NCBI GenBank assembly: GCA_030264375.1
Contig: JASCQW010000190.1
Span: 54,822,873-54,884,950, forward strand
Length of the DNA: 62,078 bases
Reading direction: 5' to 3'
Source of the DNA: Carcharhinus longimanus
Taxonomy: Eukaryota
Of the stretch, positions 1 to 11,400 are shown in pieces; the first letter of the stretch is position 1, and each line of letters starts with the position of its first letter. The notes under the pieces are model-generated. The model had not been told where the DNA came from. It was given only the letters and a program-made list of their open reading frames with translations, and did not search any database. A program made the position numbers and the translations under genes.

Positions 1-13
1 TACAATGAAGGAG

Positions 14-202
14 AATTTAGCATAGCCAATCCACCTAACCTGCACATCTTTGGACTGTGGGAGGAAACCAGAGTATCTGGAGGAAACCCACGCAGATACA
101 GGGAGAATGTGCAAACTCCGCACAGACAGTAACCCAAGCTAGGAATTGAACCTGGGTCCCTGGCACTGTGAGGCAGCAGTGCTAATCACTGTGCCACCAT
201 GC
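14..202 (-). mobile_element. tRNA-derived V-SINE (HE1-like), 5' part
   Basis: Reverse complement reads GGTGGCACAGTGATTAGCACTGCTGCCTCAC (A-box), GGTTCAATTCC (B-box), then V-domain-like GAGTTTGCACATTCTCCC...GGGTTTCCTCC...CAGTCCAAAGATGTGCAGGTTAGG. Confidence 0.85.
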
Positions 203-574
203 TAGCCATAGTGGAAGTCCTAGCATTGTGGGTCATGTCTGCCTACAGATAGAGAACTGAAGAAGAAGAACTGTGAATGATACTTTTTTTTGTTACTGCA
301 AAGAACATTTGAGCAACAGAGAGAAGTGAATGATCAGTGGAGTTTAGGGGGAGAACTCCAGAGAGAGAGAGAGATGCCTAAGTGGCTTAAAGATTAACAG
401 TGGGGACTAGGGCATGAGTTCAAAGGGTTGGATGCAGCATGAACAATCTTTCTCCACTGATGTCTATTCTGATATAAAAGAAAGCTACAACAGATGCCAG
501 AATTTCCTGTCTATTTTGCCAGCATTCACTGCCTGTCCCAAAGTGGGTCAGACCCAAGTTTATATATTTACCAT

Positions 575-835
575 CCATGCCGTGGGGACCGGAGGAAGGA
601 GGGTGGGGACCGGATGCCTCAGCCTCTCAATCTGCATAACAGGTTTGAGGTTCTTGCGTCNNNNNNNNNNNNNNNNNNNNNNNNNNNNNNNNNNNNNNNN
701 NNNNNNNNNNNNNNNNNNNNNNNNNNNNNNNNNNNNNNNNNNNNNNNNNNNNNNNNNNNNATCTTACTGAATGGCGGGGCAGGCTCGAAGGGCTAGATGG
801 CCTACTCCTGCTCCTATTTCTTATGTTCTTATGTT
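575..835 (+). mobile_element. CR1 LINE collapsed across the 100-N gap (ORF1 fragment on the left, 3' tail on the right)
   Basis: Left of the gap PQPLNLHNRFEVLA, an LxNRFxxL motif typical of CR1 ORF1. Right of the gap the CR1 tail gaatggcggggcaggctcgaagggctagatggcctactcctgctcctatttc(ttatgttc)n. Confidence 0.7.
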
Positions 836-1257
836 TTTCAGGTGATTTACCTCACATAACCACTTTTTCAGATTCCTTTTATTAACATCACAGAATATAT
901 GAGCTTCCTTGATATTACTGCCTCAAAATAAGTTCTTCTTAACTCCAGTTATGTAAGATACTTTTACAAAACTTGACAAGTAAAATGTATTTTTAATGAA
1001 GAAAGGAACAGGCTGAAGCCAAGTTGTATCACCCACTACCACCACCCTGAGTTGAAAGGTAATTCAAACTCCAATGGGAAATGTTGTGGAGTTCCTCCTC
1101 CTCCAGGTGCTATGACTTACAAAGATGTTGGTGACCATGGACTTCCATTACATTAATGCTTTAGCAGAGTACTGCAGTGGTTTGCAATTGGCTTCTGCAG
1201 TATGGCTAACCAGAAAACTCTCCTGATCCTACTGCCATTCTGGAAGAATCAACCTTA

Positions 1258-1691
1258 AAGCAAAATGTTACATATGCTGGAATTCTGAAATAATAGCAGG
1301 AACCAAGGAAAATCTCAGCAAGTCTGGCAATATCTGTGGAGAGAGAAACAGAGTTAATATTTTGAGTCCAGAGTCATACCGGATTCCAAAGTTTAACTCA
1401 GTTTCTTCCTCCACAGAACAATGACACATTCTCCTATTGCACACCTTAGAAACTAATGGTCATCAATATAACAACATATCAGAATCATCTGAAGCTAAAT
1501 TCCATTCACTTTTTATATGACTACTACATTGATCTGTGTACATGGATTCCTAAATCTCTTTGGGCATCAGAGAACATTAATGAAAAGATTTACATATATG
1601 TTGGACTTGAAACATTCACTCCATTTTCTCTTTCCACAGATACTGCCAGATCTCCTGAGCATTTCTAGCACTTTCTGTTTTGATTTCAGAT
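1258..1691. mobile_element. Short Penelope-derived fold-back family (other copies near 22905-23040, 38430-38565, 44470-44590)
   Basis: Recurring aaatgctggaaaa.ctcagca.gtctggcagcatctgtggagagag and its reverse complement. Confidence 0.6.
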
Positions 1692-2254
1692 ATGTTATGA
1701 ACATGCTTTCCGTTAAATTGACAAATACTTGACTTGAATCCAAAGCTTCTGTTTCAGAGATAGGTTTGCCAACTGGAATTAAGTGTTGTTCTGCCTTCTT
1801 ATACCAATTGCAAAGCAAAAAAACTCATTGCCCATGAGGATATGTTCGGCTGTTAAGCAAAAAAGCCTTGCCCATCCCTTCCATTTTTCAATACTTATAT
1901 ATCTAGTAAAGAGAAATGTCCGAAGTTTTTCTGAAAAGCACAATTTTTTAAATCAAAAGAGAAAATACTGGATATTTTTAAAATGCCCTGATGATTTTTC
2001 TCCAGGGTTTCATAGAGTTGTGATCTGCAGATTGATCCTAGATTGCTCACGACTCATATATGTGCATTAAATAGGTTTCTTGCATATTTTTGTTAATTCT
2101 TTCATGCAATGTGGGCATCACTGGCAAGGGCAACATTTTTTTCCCATTTCTAATTGCCCTTGAGCTGAGTGGACGGATGGGCCATGTCAATCCAACTCAG
2201 AGGTAGGGGACACCATTTACTTTTATTTCTTCGGATTTATGAATGGAATAAATT

Positions 2255-2283
2255 ATGAATGAATGCATGAATGAATGAATGAA
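2255..2283. repeat. (TGAA)n microsatellite abutting the 590-N gap
   Basis: atgaatgaatgcatgaatgaatgaatgaa. Confidence 0.8.
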
Positions 2284-2874
2284 CNNNNNNNNNNNNNNNN
2301 NNNNNNNNNNNNNNNNNNNNNNNNNNNNNNNNNNNNNNNNNNNNNNNNNNNNNNNNNNNNNNNNNNNNNNNNNNNNNNNNNNNNNNNNNNNNNNNNNNNN
2401 NNNNNNNNNNNNNNNNNNNNNNNNNNNNNNNNNNNNNNNNNNNNNNNNNNNNNNNNNNNNNNNNNNNNNNNNNNNNNNNNNNNNNNNNNNNNNNNNNNNN
2501 NNNNNNNNNNNNNNNNNNNNNNNNNNNNNNNNNNNNNNNNNNNNNNNNNNNNNNNNNNNNNNNNNNNNNNNNNNNNNNNNNNNNNNNNNNNNNNNNNNNN
2601 NNNNNNNNNNNNNNNNNNNNNNNNNNNNNNNNNNNNNNNNNNNNNNNNNNNNNNNNNNNNNNNNNNNNNNNNNNNNNNNNNNNNNNNNNNNNNNNNNNNN
2701 NNNNNNNNNNNNNNNNNNNNNNNNNNNNNNNNNNNNNNNNNNNNNNNNNNNNNNNNNNNNNNNNNNNNNNNNNNNNNNNNNNNNNNNNNNNNNNNNNNNN
2801 NNNNNNNNNNNNNNNNNNNNNNNNNNNNNNNNNNNNNNNNNNNNNNNNNNNNNNNNNNNNNNNNNNNNNNNNNN

Positions 2875-3685
2875 GGCGGCTCCACCTCAGGCCCAGAACC
2901 AGGGCAGCCCAGTTCCGCCGCAGGCCCCTAACCGTCCCGAGGCCCCGGCGGCTCAAGCCACTCAGTGCAGCCTGTGCCACTCCCGAGGCCTGCCGCCGGC
3001 CTCGGGGCCGCGCTCCCGGAGCCTGGCAGCCGGGCCTTCCCATCCCCCTCCCTCTCCTTCCCCGGCCGCCTCGGCAGCGGGTGGCTTGGCCGAGGAGCTG
3101 CGCCTGCTACCCTGCCGCCACTCCTTCTGCCAGGCCTGCCTGGAGGCTCACCACCACCAGCGGCGTCGGGGACAGCGCCCGCCGCCCAACCGGCACCGCC
3201 CGGGTAACGGACCAGGCCCCGAGGCTGAGGCCTCGTCGTCGTCCTCGTCCTCTTCCTCCTCCTCGTCGTGCTCGGGCACTTCGGCCGAGCTCAGCTGCCC
3301 GATCTGCGAGCGCCTGATGCCGCCCGCCGACAGCGAAGGGCTGCCGGCCGAGCTGCTGCTGCTCAACAACCTACTGGACGTGGTATCGGCGGCCGAGGAC
3401 GAGCTGGAGCCCGGCGGGGGCAATGCGAGGGGCCGGCCCCGGCCCAAGAGTTCACAGGCCGGCTGCAGCTCGTGTGATGAGGGCGCCCCGGTGACTTCCC
3501 GCTGCCTGGACTGTGCCGAGTATCTGTGCGATCACTGTGTGCGGGCTCACCAACGGGTCCGCCTCACCAAGGAGCATATCATCCACCGATTCAGGCAGCA
3601 GCAACAACACTACAACCAGCAGCCCTTCCCCAGCCTGCCGCTCACACATGAACGGGTCAGCTACTGCCAGCAACACGACAACGAA
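2875..3685 (+). CDS. TRIM71: TRIM71/LIN-41 coding exon 1, 5'-partial (start codon in or at the edge of the N-gap): RING finger, B-box 1, start of B-box 2
   Basis: Frame of ORF 2279..3808 reads CSLC...LLPCRHSFCQACL...CPIC (RING with long loop insertions), LLNNLLDVV, GCSSCDEG...CLDCAEYLCDHCVRAHQRVRLTKEH (B-box 1) and CQQHDNE, matching vertebrate TRIM71. Phase-0 donor GAA|gtaggt at 3685/3686. Confidence 0.93.
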
Positions 3686-3752
3686 GTAGGTTTGCCCACT
3701 TACTCGGTTTCAAAACGTGAAGAGGCCGGAGGGCATTTGCTCACACTCTTGA

Positions 3753-3966
3753 TTCGTTGGTTGCACGGGATTAAAATGCAGCCCGTTTCGTTGGTTGCAC
3801 GGGATTAAAATGCAGCGCGTTTCGTTGGTTGCACGGGGTTAAAATGCAGCGCGTTTCGTTGGTTGTATGGCGTTAAAATGCAGCGCGTTTCGTTGGTTGC
3901 ACGGGAATAAAATGCAGCGCGTTTCGTTAGTTTCATGGGGTTAAAATGCAGCGCGTTTCGTTCGTT
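3753..3966. repeat. 34-bp minisatellite, 6 full copies plus a partial copy
   Basis: Consensus TTCGTTGGTTGCACGGGRTTAAAATGCAGCGCGT. Units start at 3753, 3787, 3821, 3855, 3889, 3923 and 3957 (partial). Confidence 0.95.
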
Positions 3967-6759
3967 TTACAACATTTTTCGTAATTTCGGGAGACAATGC
4001 AATAAATCTTTCTTTTATTAAGTAAAGACGAACGCTTTAGTTGCATTATTTCAGATTTTAAAACTTCGAAAATGTTTGTGTTTTGAAAGGTAGCACCGAG
4101 AGGGTTTTAGTTATTTGGGAAGATTTGAAAAAATACGTTCTAATCTCTCATGTAATGTTTGATTATTTTCAATTCAATATTTGTATCTAATTGCTTTGGT
4201 TTCATCAGTAACATTGGCTTAATGTTATAAATATTTTGATTTAATACCGATGACACCAATGGTCGTATCAGTTAAGTTGTGTATGAGTTTAACCTAATTT
4301 AAAGATTACAACTGCTTCCAGCATGTTTCCAAAAATATTTTAAAACCTTATTTCAAATTCAAACTGTTTCTTCGTGTTCATGTTTAAGATCGGAGGTTTT
4401 GTGTTTGTGAAATTACTTTACGTGCTGGGTTCCCCTTTTTTCAGATCATTTTAATTTGTATAAGAATTTAAACTGGTCGCAAACATTTCGAAATTAGGCC
4501 GTGTAGGATTTACTTTTAATTTTTAATCTGCCCGTTATTTGTAGTTCATTGAAACAATCTGGAGGCAACGTGTTCTGACTGGATTTGCAACCTATCTTCA
4601 GTCTAATATCATAAATATTAATCCTCACTTTTTGATTTCGATTAAACATTTGGCTTCGTATTACAGGAGTTTTCGACATCTTGATAACTGTTATCATCCT
4701 CGCTGTCTTGTCTACGTATTTGAATTAAGTAAAATTCACGTTTTCATGTGAAACCGTTGCATAATTTTTCGAAATTCTGGGTTAATAGTCGTAAAATGCA
4801 GGTATCTAGCATGCGGTTGGCAGTGTATTCAAACGGGTGTTAACGAAAAGGGCGGTGTGCTCATAGAAAAATCTGGAATGTGTGAGGCGAGGCTGGATCG
4901 TGCCGTGTTTCGAGGAATTAATTTGGTCAATTCTTTGTTTCCACAAACCATGGTATGGCGAGACGCCAAGTATTTTTCATCGCGACGGTATCAATGTGCT
5001 AAACGTGTCTCATGTTCGGCAGCTTGGTAACAATGTCCTCGGAAACGTGGTATCGGGCAGCACAGCAGCCCTGTTAACATGTTGTGTCCATTCATGTTCT
5101 GCCCAGTGTGGATTGCACAACATATCAATAACGTATTGATTGATCTTGGAATGTCGTGATTAGCGGCAGTATTTTAATTCAGCACTCTGGAGAAAATCGC
5201 GTTTGGTTTAATATCTCAGAATTATTCGATGCTGGAAGATGTGGATTTGGTTTTGTGTGTAGACACACGTGTCCTGTCCTTCCAGTTCAGGGGTGCTGGG
5301 CAGTTTTTTTCCACCAAACAAAATGGTGCCGGTTGTTGGGCGGGCGAGCTCACGAAGTATGCAATTCACTTTAAGGAGATTGGGTCCAGTCGTACTTTGC
5401 ATTCTGTAAGCGAAGCGCCATGCTTTGTGTGTCTTCTCCTCCTCTTCCCCCCCCCCCTCCGGATATTTCAAGTAACTGCGTGAAGGCAGCGTCGCTTGTC
5501 GAAAGCACCAAAGTTGTCATTAATATTGGGACTATTTTGTTTTAGTGAGATACTTCCCATCCAGGGGAGCAAAACTTCTTTTGATTTAAAGAATTGCAAT
5601 ATACGATTTTTCGGCTTGACCAATGTAACAGTGGGAACACAATCCAATTTCCGTTGGGGAGAGGTGAGATATTTTTAATACACATAATTGGCCAAGTAAA
5701 GAGATGCAAATTTTTAATAGTACACAGTGCTCATCAGGATGGGTTAGCTCATTGGTCAGTGGAGCCCAATGCTCAGCAGTACCGAATGAAAACGCAACAG
5801 ATTGCAGAAAATCTACATACAACTCCAGAATCAATTTAAATGATTCTGGTATGTTGTGATTAGTTGCTTTTATTATGCAGACGTTCCAAGAGCCTGTTTC
5901 TTCATGCGAATAGCTTCACATTTAGAGAAGGGAGTGAGGTGGGTCTGCATATTATGTTCTTTGTGCTCAGAGTCCAAGACTGGTTCTGCTAAATTCCTGT
6001 TTAACAAAAAAAGCTTATTTCCATTTTGCATACTAGTAAACATAGCTATTTTTCTTATAACTTTCTAATCAGTTACAATTTGAGTATAGCATTCTTCATA
6101 GCAGGACCTTGACTGGGGAGGTTAGAACTGCCTGCTCTATTATACTATTTGAAGTGGTGAATTCTCCTGGACTCCTTGCCAACGCTCTTATTGTGATTTG
6201 CTGGACTTTGCACACAAAAGGACTGTTGCATTCAGCTCAGTGACAGGACAGAAGTAATTTAATACATGCAAATTACTATGGCAGATTTCTTGAGTGACAT
6301 GACATGGTGCTACATAGTTGCAAATTAATTCCTGACCTCGATCTCATTAGCAAACTCCTTTTCCACTGCAAAAAAGGTCAGCACAATACATGGATAGGAA
6401 TGGAGATGTTGGATAAGGTTATTCCATCAAAATAATCGTTGGTGCTGTGTCTAGATATGTTTTCATTTGAGCTGCACGATTTGGGATGAGATTGCTAGTC
6501 TGTGTAATGTTTTGAATGCAGCCCTTCCATTCAAAGTCTGGGTTTTAATCTACCTTAAACGTCTCCTTTCTGATTTAAAATAGTAGAATTTTACATTGGG
6601 AACATATTTGCCTGCCTTCTGAATAGGCTGCCACATTTTTTTCTTTAACATAACTGAAAGGATGTGTTGTGGATTTTCTTTCTACTCTATTCTAATGATA
6701 CTCGTGTATTGAATAAAATTATTATAATTATTTAGTGACGTTTGAGTGTCCACTCAAAT

Positions 6760-7070
6760 ATTAAGTCAGTCTGTGGATGCATGCCCCATTTGGAACACAA
6801 CATAAGCTGAGGGAATGCTGTATTGTCAGATGGTGACTTTGAGATGTTTCCACAACTGACCATAAAAGAAGTGTTTGGAGGAAAAAGCAGAAAGGTTCTT
6901 ATGTATCCACCATTGCTAAAATAAGTTATCTGGTCATTTATTTAATTGTGGGATCTTGTGTGCAAATTGGCTGGCATGATTAACTAATTTCAGCATTGAC
7001 TACTTCACCTTATGATTTCTGTAAAGAGTTAGGATGCTCTGAGATGGAGAGTCACTAAATAAATAAGGCC
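6760..7070 (+). mobile_element. Ancient DeuSINE-like (AmnSINE/SacSINE type) remnant
   Basis: ttatctggtcatt...tgtgggatcttgtgtgcaaattggctg and an L2-like tail gtaaagagttaggatgctctgag. Recognised from memory of the family consensus only. Confidence 0.5.
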
Positions 7071-7829
7071 TTCCTCATGATCCTTGATTTTCTGTATTCC
7101 AAACCTTTTAGAATTTGGATGAGTCACTGACCAGCAAAAATCATTTTTCCAGCTTTAACTACTCGAACATCTCCATTTTGAATTAATTTATAGATGTGAT
7201 CTGATGAAAAGCAGCCACTAAATTATAATCCGTGATAGAAGAGTTCAGTGAATTTTTTTTGCACTTTCTATCTAGGTTTGATATCCTTCGTAAAGGAAAA
7301 AGGGTTTAAAACTGGGTATGTTATTCCAGCTGGCCTGGCGCATTTTGTGCAGACTTAGCATTGCATCTTTTTTATGCTATTCAGGTTTTTGAGTTGTCTG
7401 CTCACCTGAGTTGTGAATTTTTATCCAACCTCCTAGACCTCAGTAAAGTTTGACCCTTTGTGTCGGATCGCTGTGCAATATATCACTTTGCAATTCTCCA
7501 AGAACTAGATTTTTGATCTCAAGGGAGTCGAGGTGGTAGGCCAGAAAGTGGAATTATGTCAATCAGATTTGTCATGAATTCTTATTGGAGCAGCTGAATT
7601 ACCTCCCTTTTTTGATATTGTAAATGTCATCTGATCAATTTGTCTCTGATCCCTGAGACTTGCCTATAGGTAAGCACACTCATTCCTGTCATTTTTAAGG
7701 TCCAAGTAGGGAATTTTGGTCAGTATTTTGAGAAAGGAGAGATGAATTATTGCAAAATCAGGCTCCTATTGATTATTTCTTCTGATATATCAATGGTAAG
7801 CCAGAAATGAAAGTAGTATGACTTGAGTA

Positions 7830-8497
7830 TTTTGCAGATGATACAAAGATAGTTGGAGGGATGGTAGTGTTGAAGAGGCAGGAAGGCTGCAGAAGGACTT
7901 GGGCAAAGAATTCACAGATGGAAGTGAAGTTTCGCACTTCAGAAGGAAAAATAGAGGCATAGAGTATTTTCTAAATGGGATGAGTTCAGAAATCGGAAGC
8001 TCAAAAAGACTTGGAAGGACTGTGTAAGATTAACTTGCAGGATGAGTTGGTAGTTAAAGGCAAATGCAATGTTAGCATTTATTTTGAGAGGACTACAATA
8101 CAAGAGCAGGGATGTACTGCTGAGGCTCTTTATGGCTTTGTGGTATTGAGAGCAATTTTGGGCACTGTAACTAAGGATGGCTATGCTGGCCCTTGAGAGG
8201 GCCAGGAGGAAGTTCACAGGGATCCAATTGCACAGCCTCAGAATAAAGGGATGACCCTTTGGAACCTAGATGAGAAGGAATTTCTTTAGCCAGAGGGTGG
8301 TGAATCCATGGAATTCATTGCTGCAGAAAGCTGTGGAGGCCAGGTCATTGAGTATATTTAAGACAGGTGCTTGTTTGGTAAAGGGACCAAAAGTCATGGG
8401 GAAAAGACAAGAGAATGGGGATGAGAAACATATCATTCATTGGCTGAGCAGACTCTGGGCCAAATAGCCTAATTCTGCACCTATATCCTAGTCTTAT
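7830..8497 (+). mobile_element. Degenerate CR1 LINE 3' fragment
   Basis: FADDTK RT motif (tttgcagatgatacaaag), MRRNFFSQRVVNPWNSL C-terminal motif and a CR1 tail. Confidence 0.88.
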
Positions 8498-11400
8498 TGT
8501 GTAAGAGACGGGGAAGAGAAAGCAATTGGTTTGGTTTTTGTTTCAGACAATTTTTCACGTAATTCCATATTAGGAAATTATGAATGTGGATTGCTGTCTT
8601 TTGAGGCGAAGTTGGAAAGCTCAAGTAACATTGTGGGGACATAATTGAGTTTGCGGTCGAATATTTATTAACAGTATAGTTGCGCATGTACAGCAATTGT
8701 GAACAAGCTGCATTAAAGTTCTTAACTTCAGATTTTTAGGAGAAGCGGGATGTTGGGTGGGGTGGGGGTTCTTGAAGTTAAACGAAGGTTTTGAATATGG
8801 AGATAGTGTGGGGAAAGTGGCAATTATGTCATTGAAGGATGAACTTCCTGTGTGCCTCCGCATCTTGGAGATGAAGCGGTGGATGAAATTGAGGGGTATG
8901 ATGGGGTTCTGCTAGTTATGTATAGCAAAGTTAATGATGGGAGTGAAGTTGATGCAAGAGACACATGATTTGAGGAAGAGGATTTTTCAGTATTCAATTG
9001 AGATTATGAATTTTTTTATAATTTTTTGTCCGATGAAGTGCATCATGGCTATTTTTCTGGTTTTTTAAATTGGGGTGATACTGGAGGTTTTGAAGTATTA
9101 GGATGATGTCTTTTGATTACTTGATAACTAATCATTAGCAGTCTGTTACCTATGTAGATTTACCATTGATAGACACAGACATTCTTGAATGAAAATTCAT
9201 AATCGAGCCGTCTGAATAGTTTCTGGCAGTTGTTTAGCCTTGAAGGGCAGAAATTGCATTAAGCTAACTAATCTTTTGGATTGGGTAGTTACACTTCATT
9301 TTTGCTGGATGGTGTGGAGGAGGAGCATACTGACTTGTTCAAGGCCCCTGTTGCAAGTTCTTGGTTAAGATAACGATTGGGCCCTGCAATGCTTAACCAT
9401 TTTGTACCTATCCAAGTTCTGAGATTATCGCATCAAAATACTGGCAGACTGACTTTTTGTCCTTCAAAGATGTTGGCTTCAGAAGTAGTGGATAAATGAA
9501 CATTTATTCAATTAAAAAAACACAGTGCACTTTGCACTAGGCAGAAACTTAGTGAGATGTAGAACTTTATGGGTTTCCAATGTTAACGGTAGTAGATTGA
9601 GTAGGAAGATTTAGTAACCATTGCAGTTGGGCTGCATCTAGACTTCAATCCACAAATAAGTATTTCATGTGGCTAACTACATTTTCTCCTTTTGCTTGGA
9701 GGGCCTTATCAAACTTGGAATCCTGCAGATTTGTATCAGTGTAATTGGGATAAAGGTTACCTTATCTTGGTGCTGAGCTTATTGTGAGCCCACCTTCAAT
9801 TATTTATACTACTCCTCAAATTCTGTCAATATTAGCAATATCTTCTAATGTAAAATCACTTTTGTTAGAGTATATAAAGGTTTTGTTAATTAATTCCCAG
9901 CAGCATCTGCTTCATCTGACCTTTCTCCACAGAATGCTGTGCAGCTGTATAGTTTCATTGATTGCAAAGAAGAGGGACCCCATCGTGCTGAACTAATTTT
10001 AATGCTGTGCTGGAGACCTTTTGAGATCTATATATAGGTTCATTCCTGCGAATCAGTTAACAATGTGTCCTGCTTAATTTTTTTCTCCTGGCATTGCAGT
10101 TATTCGCATATGATAATGCTCTGCTTTTAAACACCTCCATTCAACTGCCATTTGTTGCTGCTCTCAGCTCCCTTCCAAGCATAAGAAGCAACTTGCTTAC
10201 TGGTAATGAGCGGGAGTAGGTTTTCTTTGTACGTGCTACTAATTTAGAAATATCAGTGTTTTATGTAGGTGAAGCAAGCCAAAAGGCAAACAATGCTAAT
10301 TACATTGTGTACAGGCAATTGTCCCTTTGATTTCCATTGCTCCACCATCTTTTCAAGATATTTCAATTACTCCATCATCAAGGCTAATGGATGGTGAGTT
10401 TCAGTTAGTTTCCATGAAATCCCCACAATGTGGCTTTTATATGCAAGTCAAGCTGCTTTTTTTAAAAAAACTAGGAATTTAGTATCATACTGAAGTCGGA
10501 TGTTTCTCGATTGGATGTTAAGGTTGGATCTGACTGGACTTCCAGGATATAGCAATGGTTTCGGTTGATTACTTTGTACAGATGATGCTGAGTTACCAAT
10601 CCTTCCTTCAAGCATGTACCATCAAGAATTGAACATATGTCACCATTGTTTAATTGCTGGATCAAAATCTTTCAGCTCTTAAGTAATGGTAATGGAGAGT
10701 ATTTGCCACTTAGATTGTGGTGTTTCAGGAAAGCCCACTGTAACCGTATCGAGGATACAAGAGAGAATCTGACCAAGTCAGGATTTATTGTTTGTTGGGA
10801 AAAGGGTAACTCTGAAAAGGATCTGGCTGAATTGACACCTTTCCCGACTATGGACAAAAGCCCACGGTCACCTGTATATGGTATCCATTATGACCACTGA
10901 GCTAATGTATTACGGGCAGTTAATGCTTGTGGAACTAAACTCACAATGTGATTTTTACCACACAACCAATTTTTGTAAAACACCCAGGCATAGTTGGCTG
11001 CTTTTCTCTTCATTTGAGGATCAGCCAAGTCAATATGCTAGGTCTCTATTATCTTTATCCTTTTGCTCTGTGTGGGTTAATGCACCAGATGAGACATGCC
11101 CACTGAACTGCCAACAGAATTTTTCTCATTCTGTACATGCAAATAATTAAAATTGTTAATGTGTGGATTGTGTTTATCACCTATATGTGTTTGAGTCAAC
11201 GTTTTCCATGTCAAGGAAAAAAAGCACTTAATCTTTTTCCCATTGTCTTAAGATAAAGAACTAAAGCTGTCTTGACTTAATGTCACATGGCAGTGGAAGC
11301 ATGTTTTTTGAAGTAGTTGGAAAAGAGTAGAAGGGACTTTATATGTTGTTCTTGGTCTTGGAGTGAATAATATTGACACTAGATGCCTAAAATGGGAAGT

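Larger units (their letters stand above)
2875..5500. promoter_or_regulatory. CpG island / non-methylated island over exon 1 and the 5' part of intron 1
   Basis: Exon 1 is very GC- and CpG-rich. CpG stays frequent through AT-rich sequence to about 5500, then becomes rare in the rest of the window. Confidence 0.7.

Noticed and set aside
2237-3043. Long ORFs running through the 590-N gap
   Set aside because: They stay open only because N codons contain no stops. Only the frame continuing into the RING domain is supported.
3686-3808. Continuation of the exon 1 ORF past the donor, and likewise 27272-27340 and 44060-44266
   Set aside because: Homology stops exactly at canonical GT donors and resumes in the next exon.
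3753-3966. 34-bp repeat array as a CRISPR array
   Set aside because: Units are head-to-tail with no unique spacers, there are no cas genes, and the context is a vertebrate intron.
7201-7225. Other CTGATGA matches (about 1988, 7201, 31298, 40190, 53355, 59120) as hammerhead cores
   Set aside because: None is followed by a stem II and a GAAA box with flanking stems.
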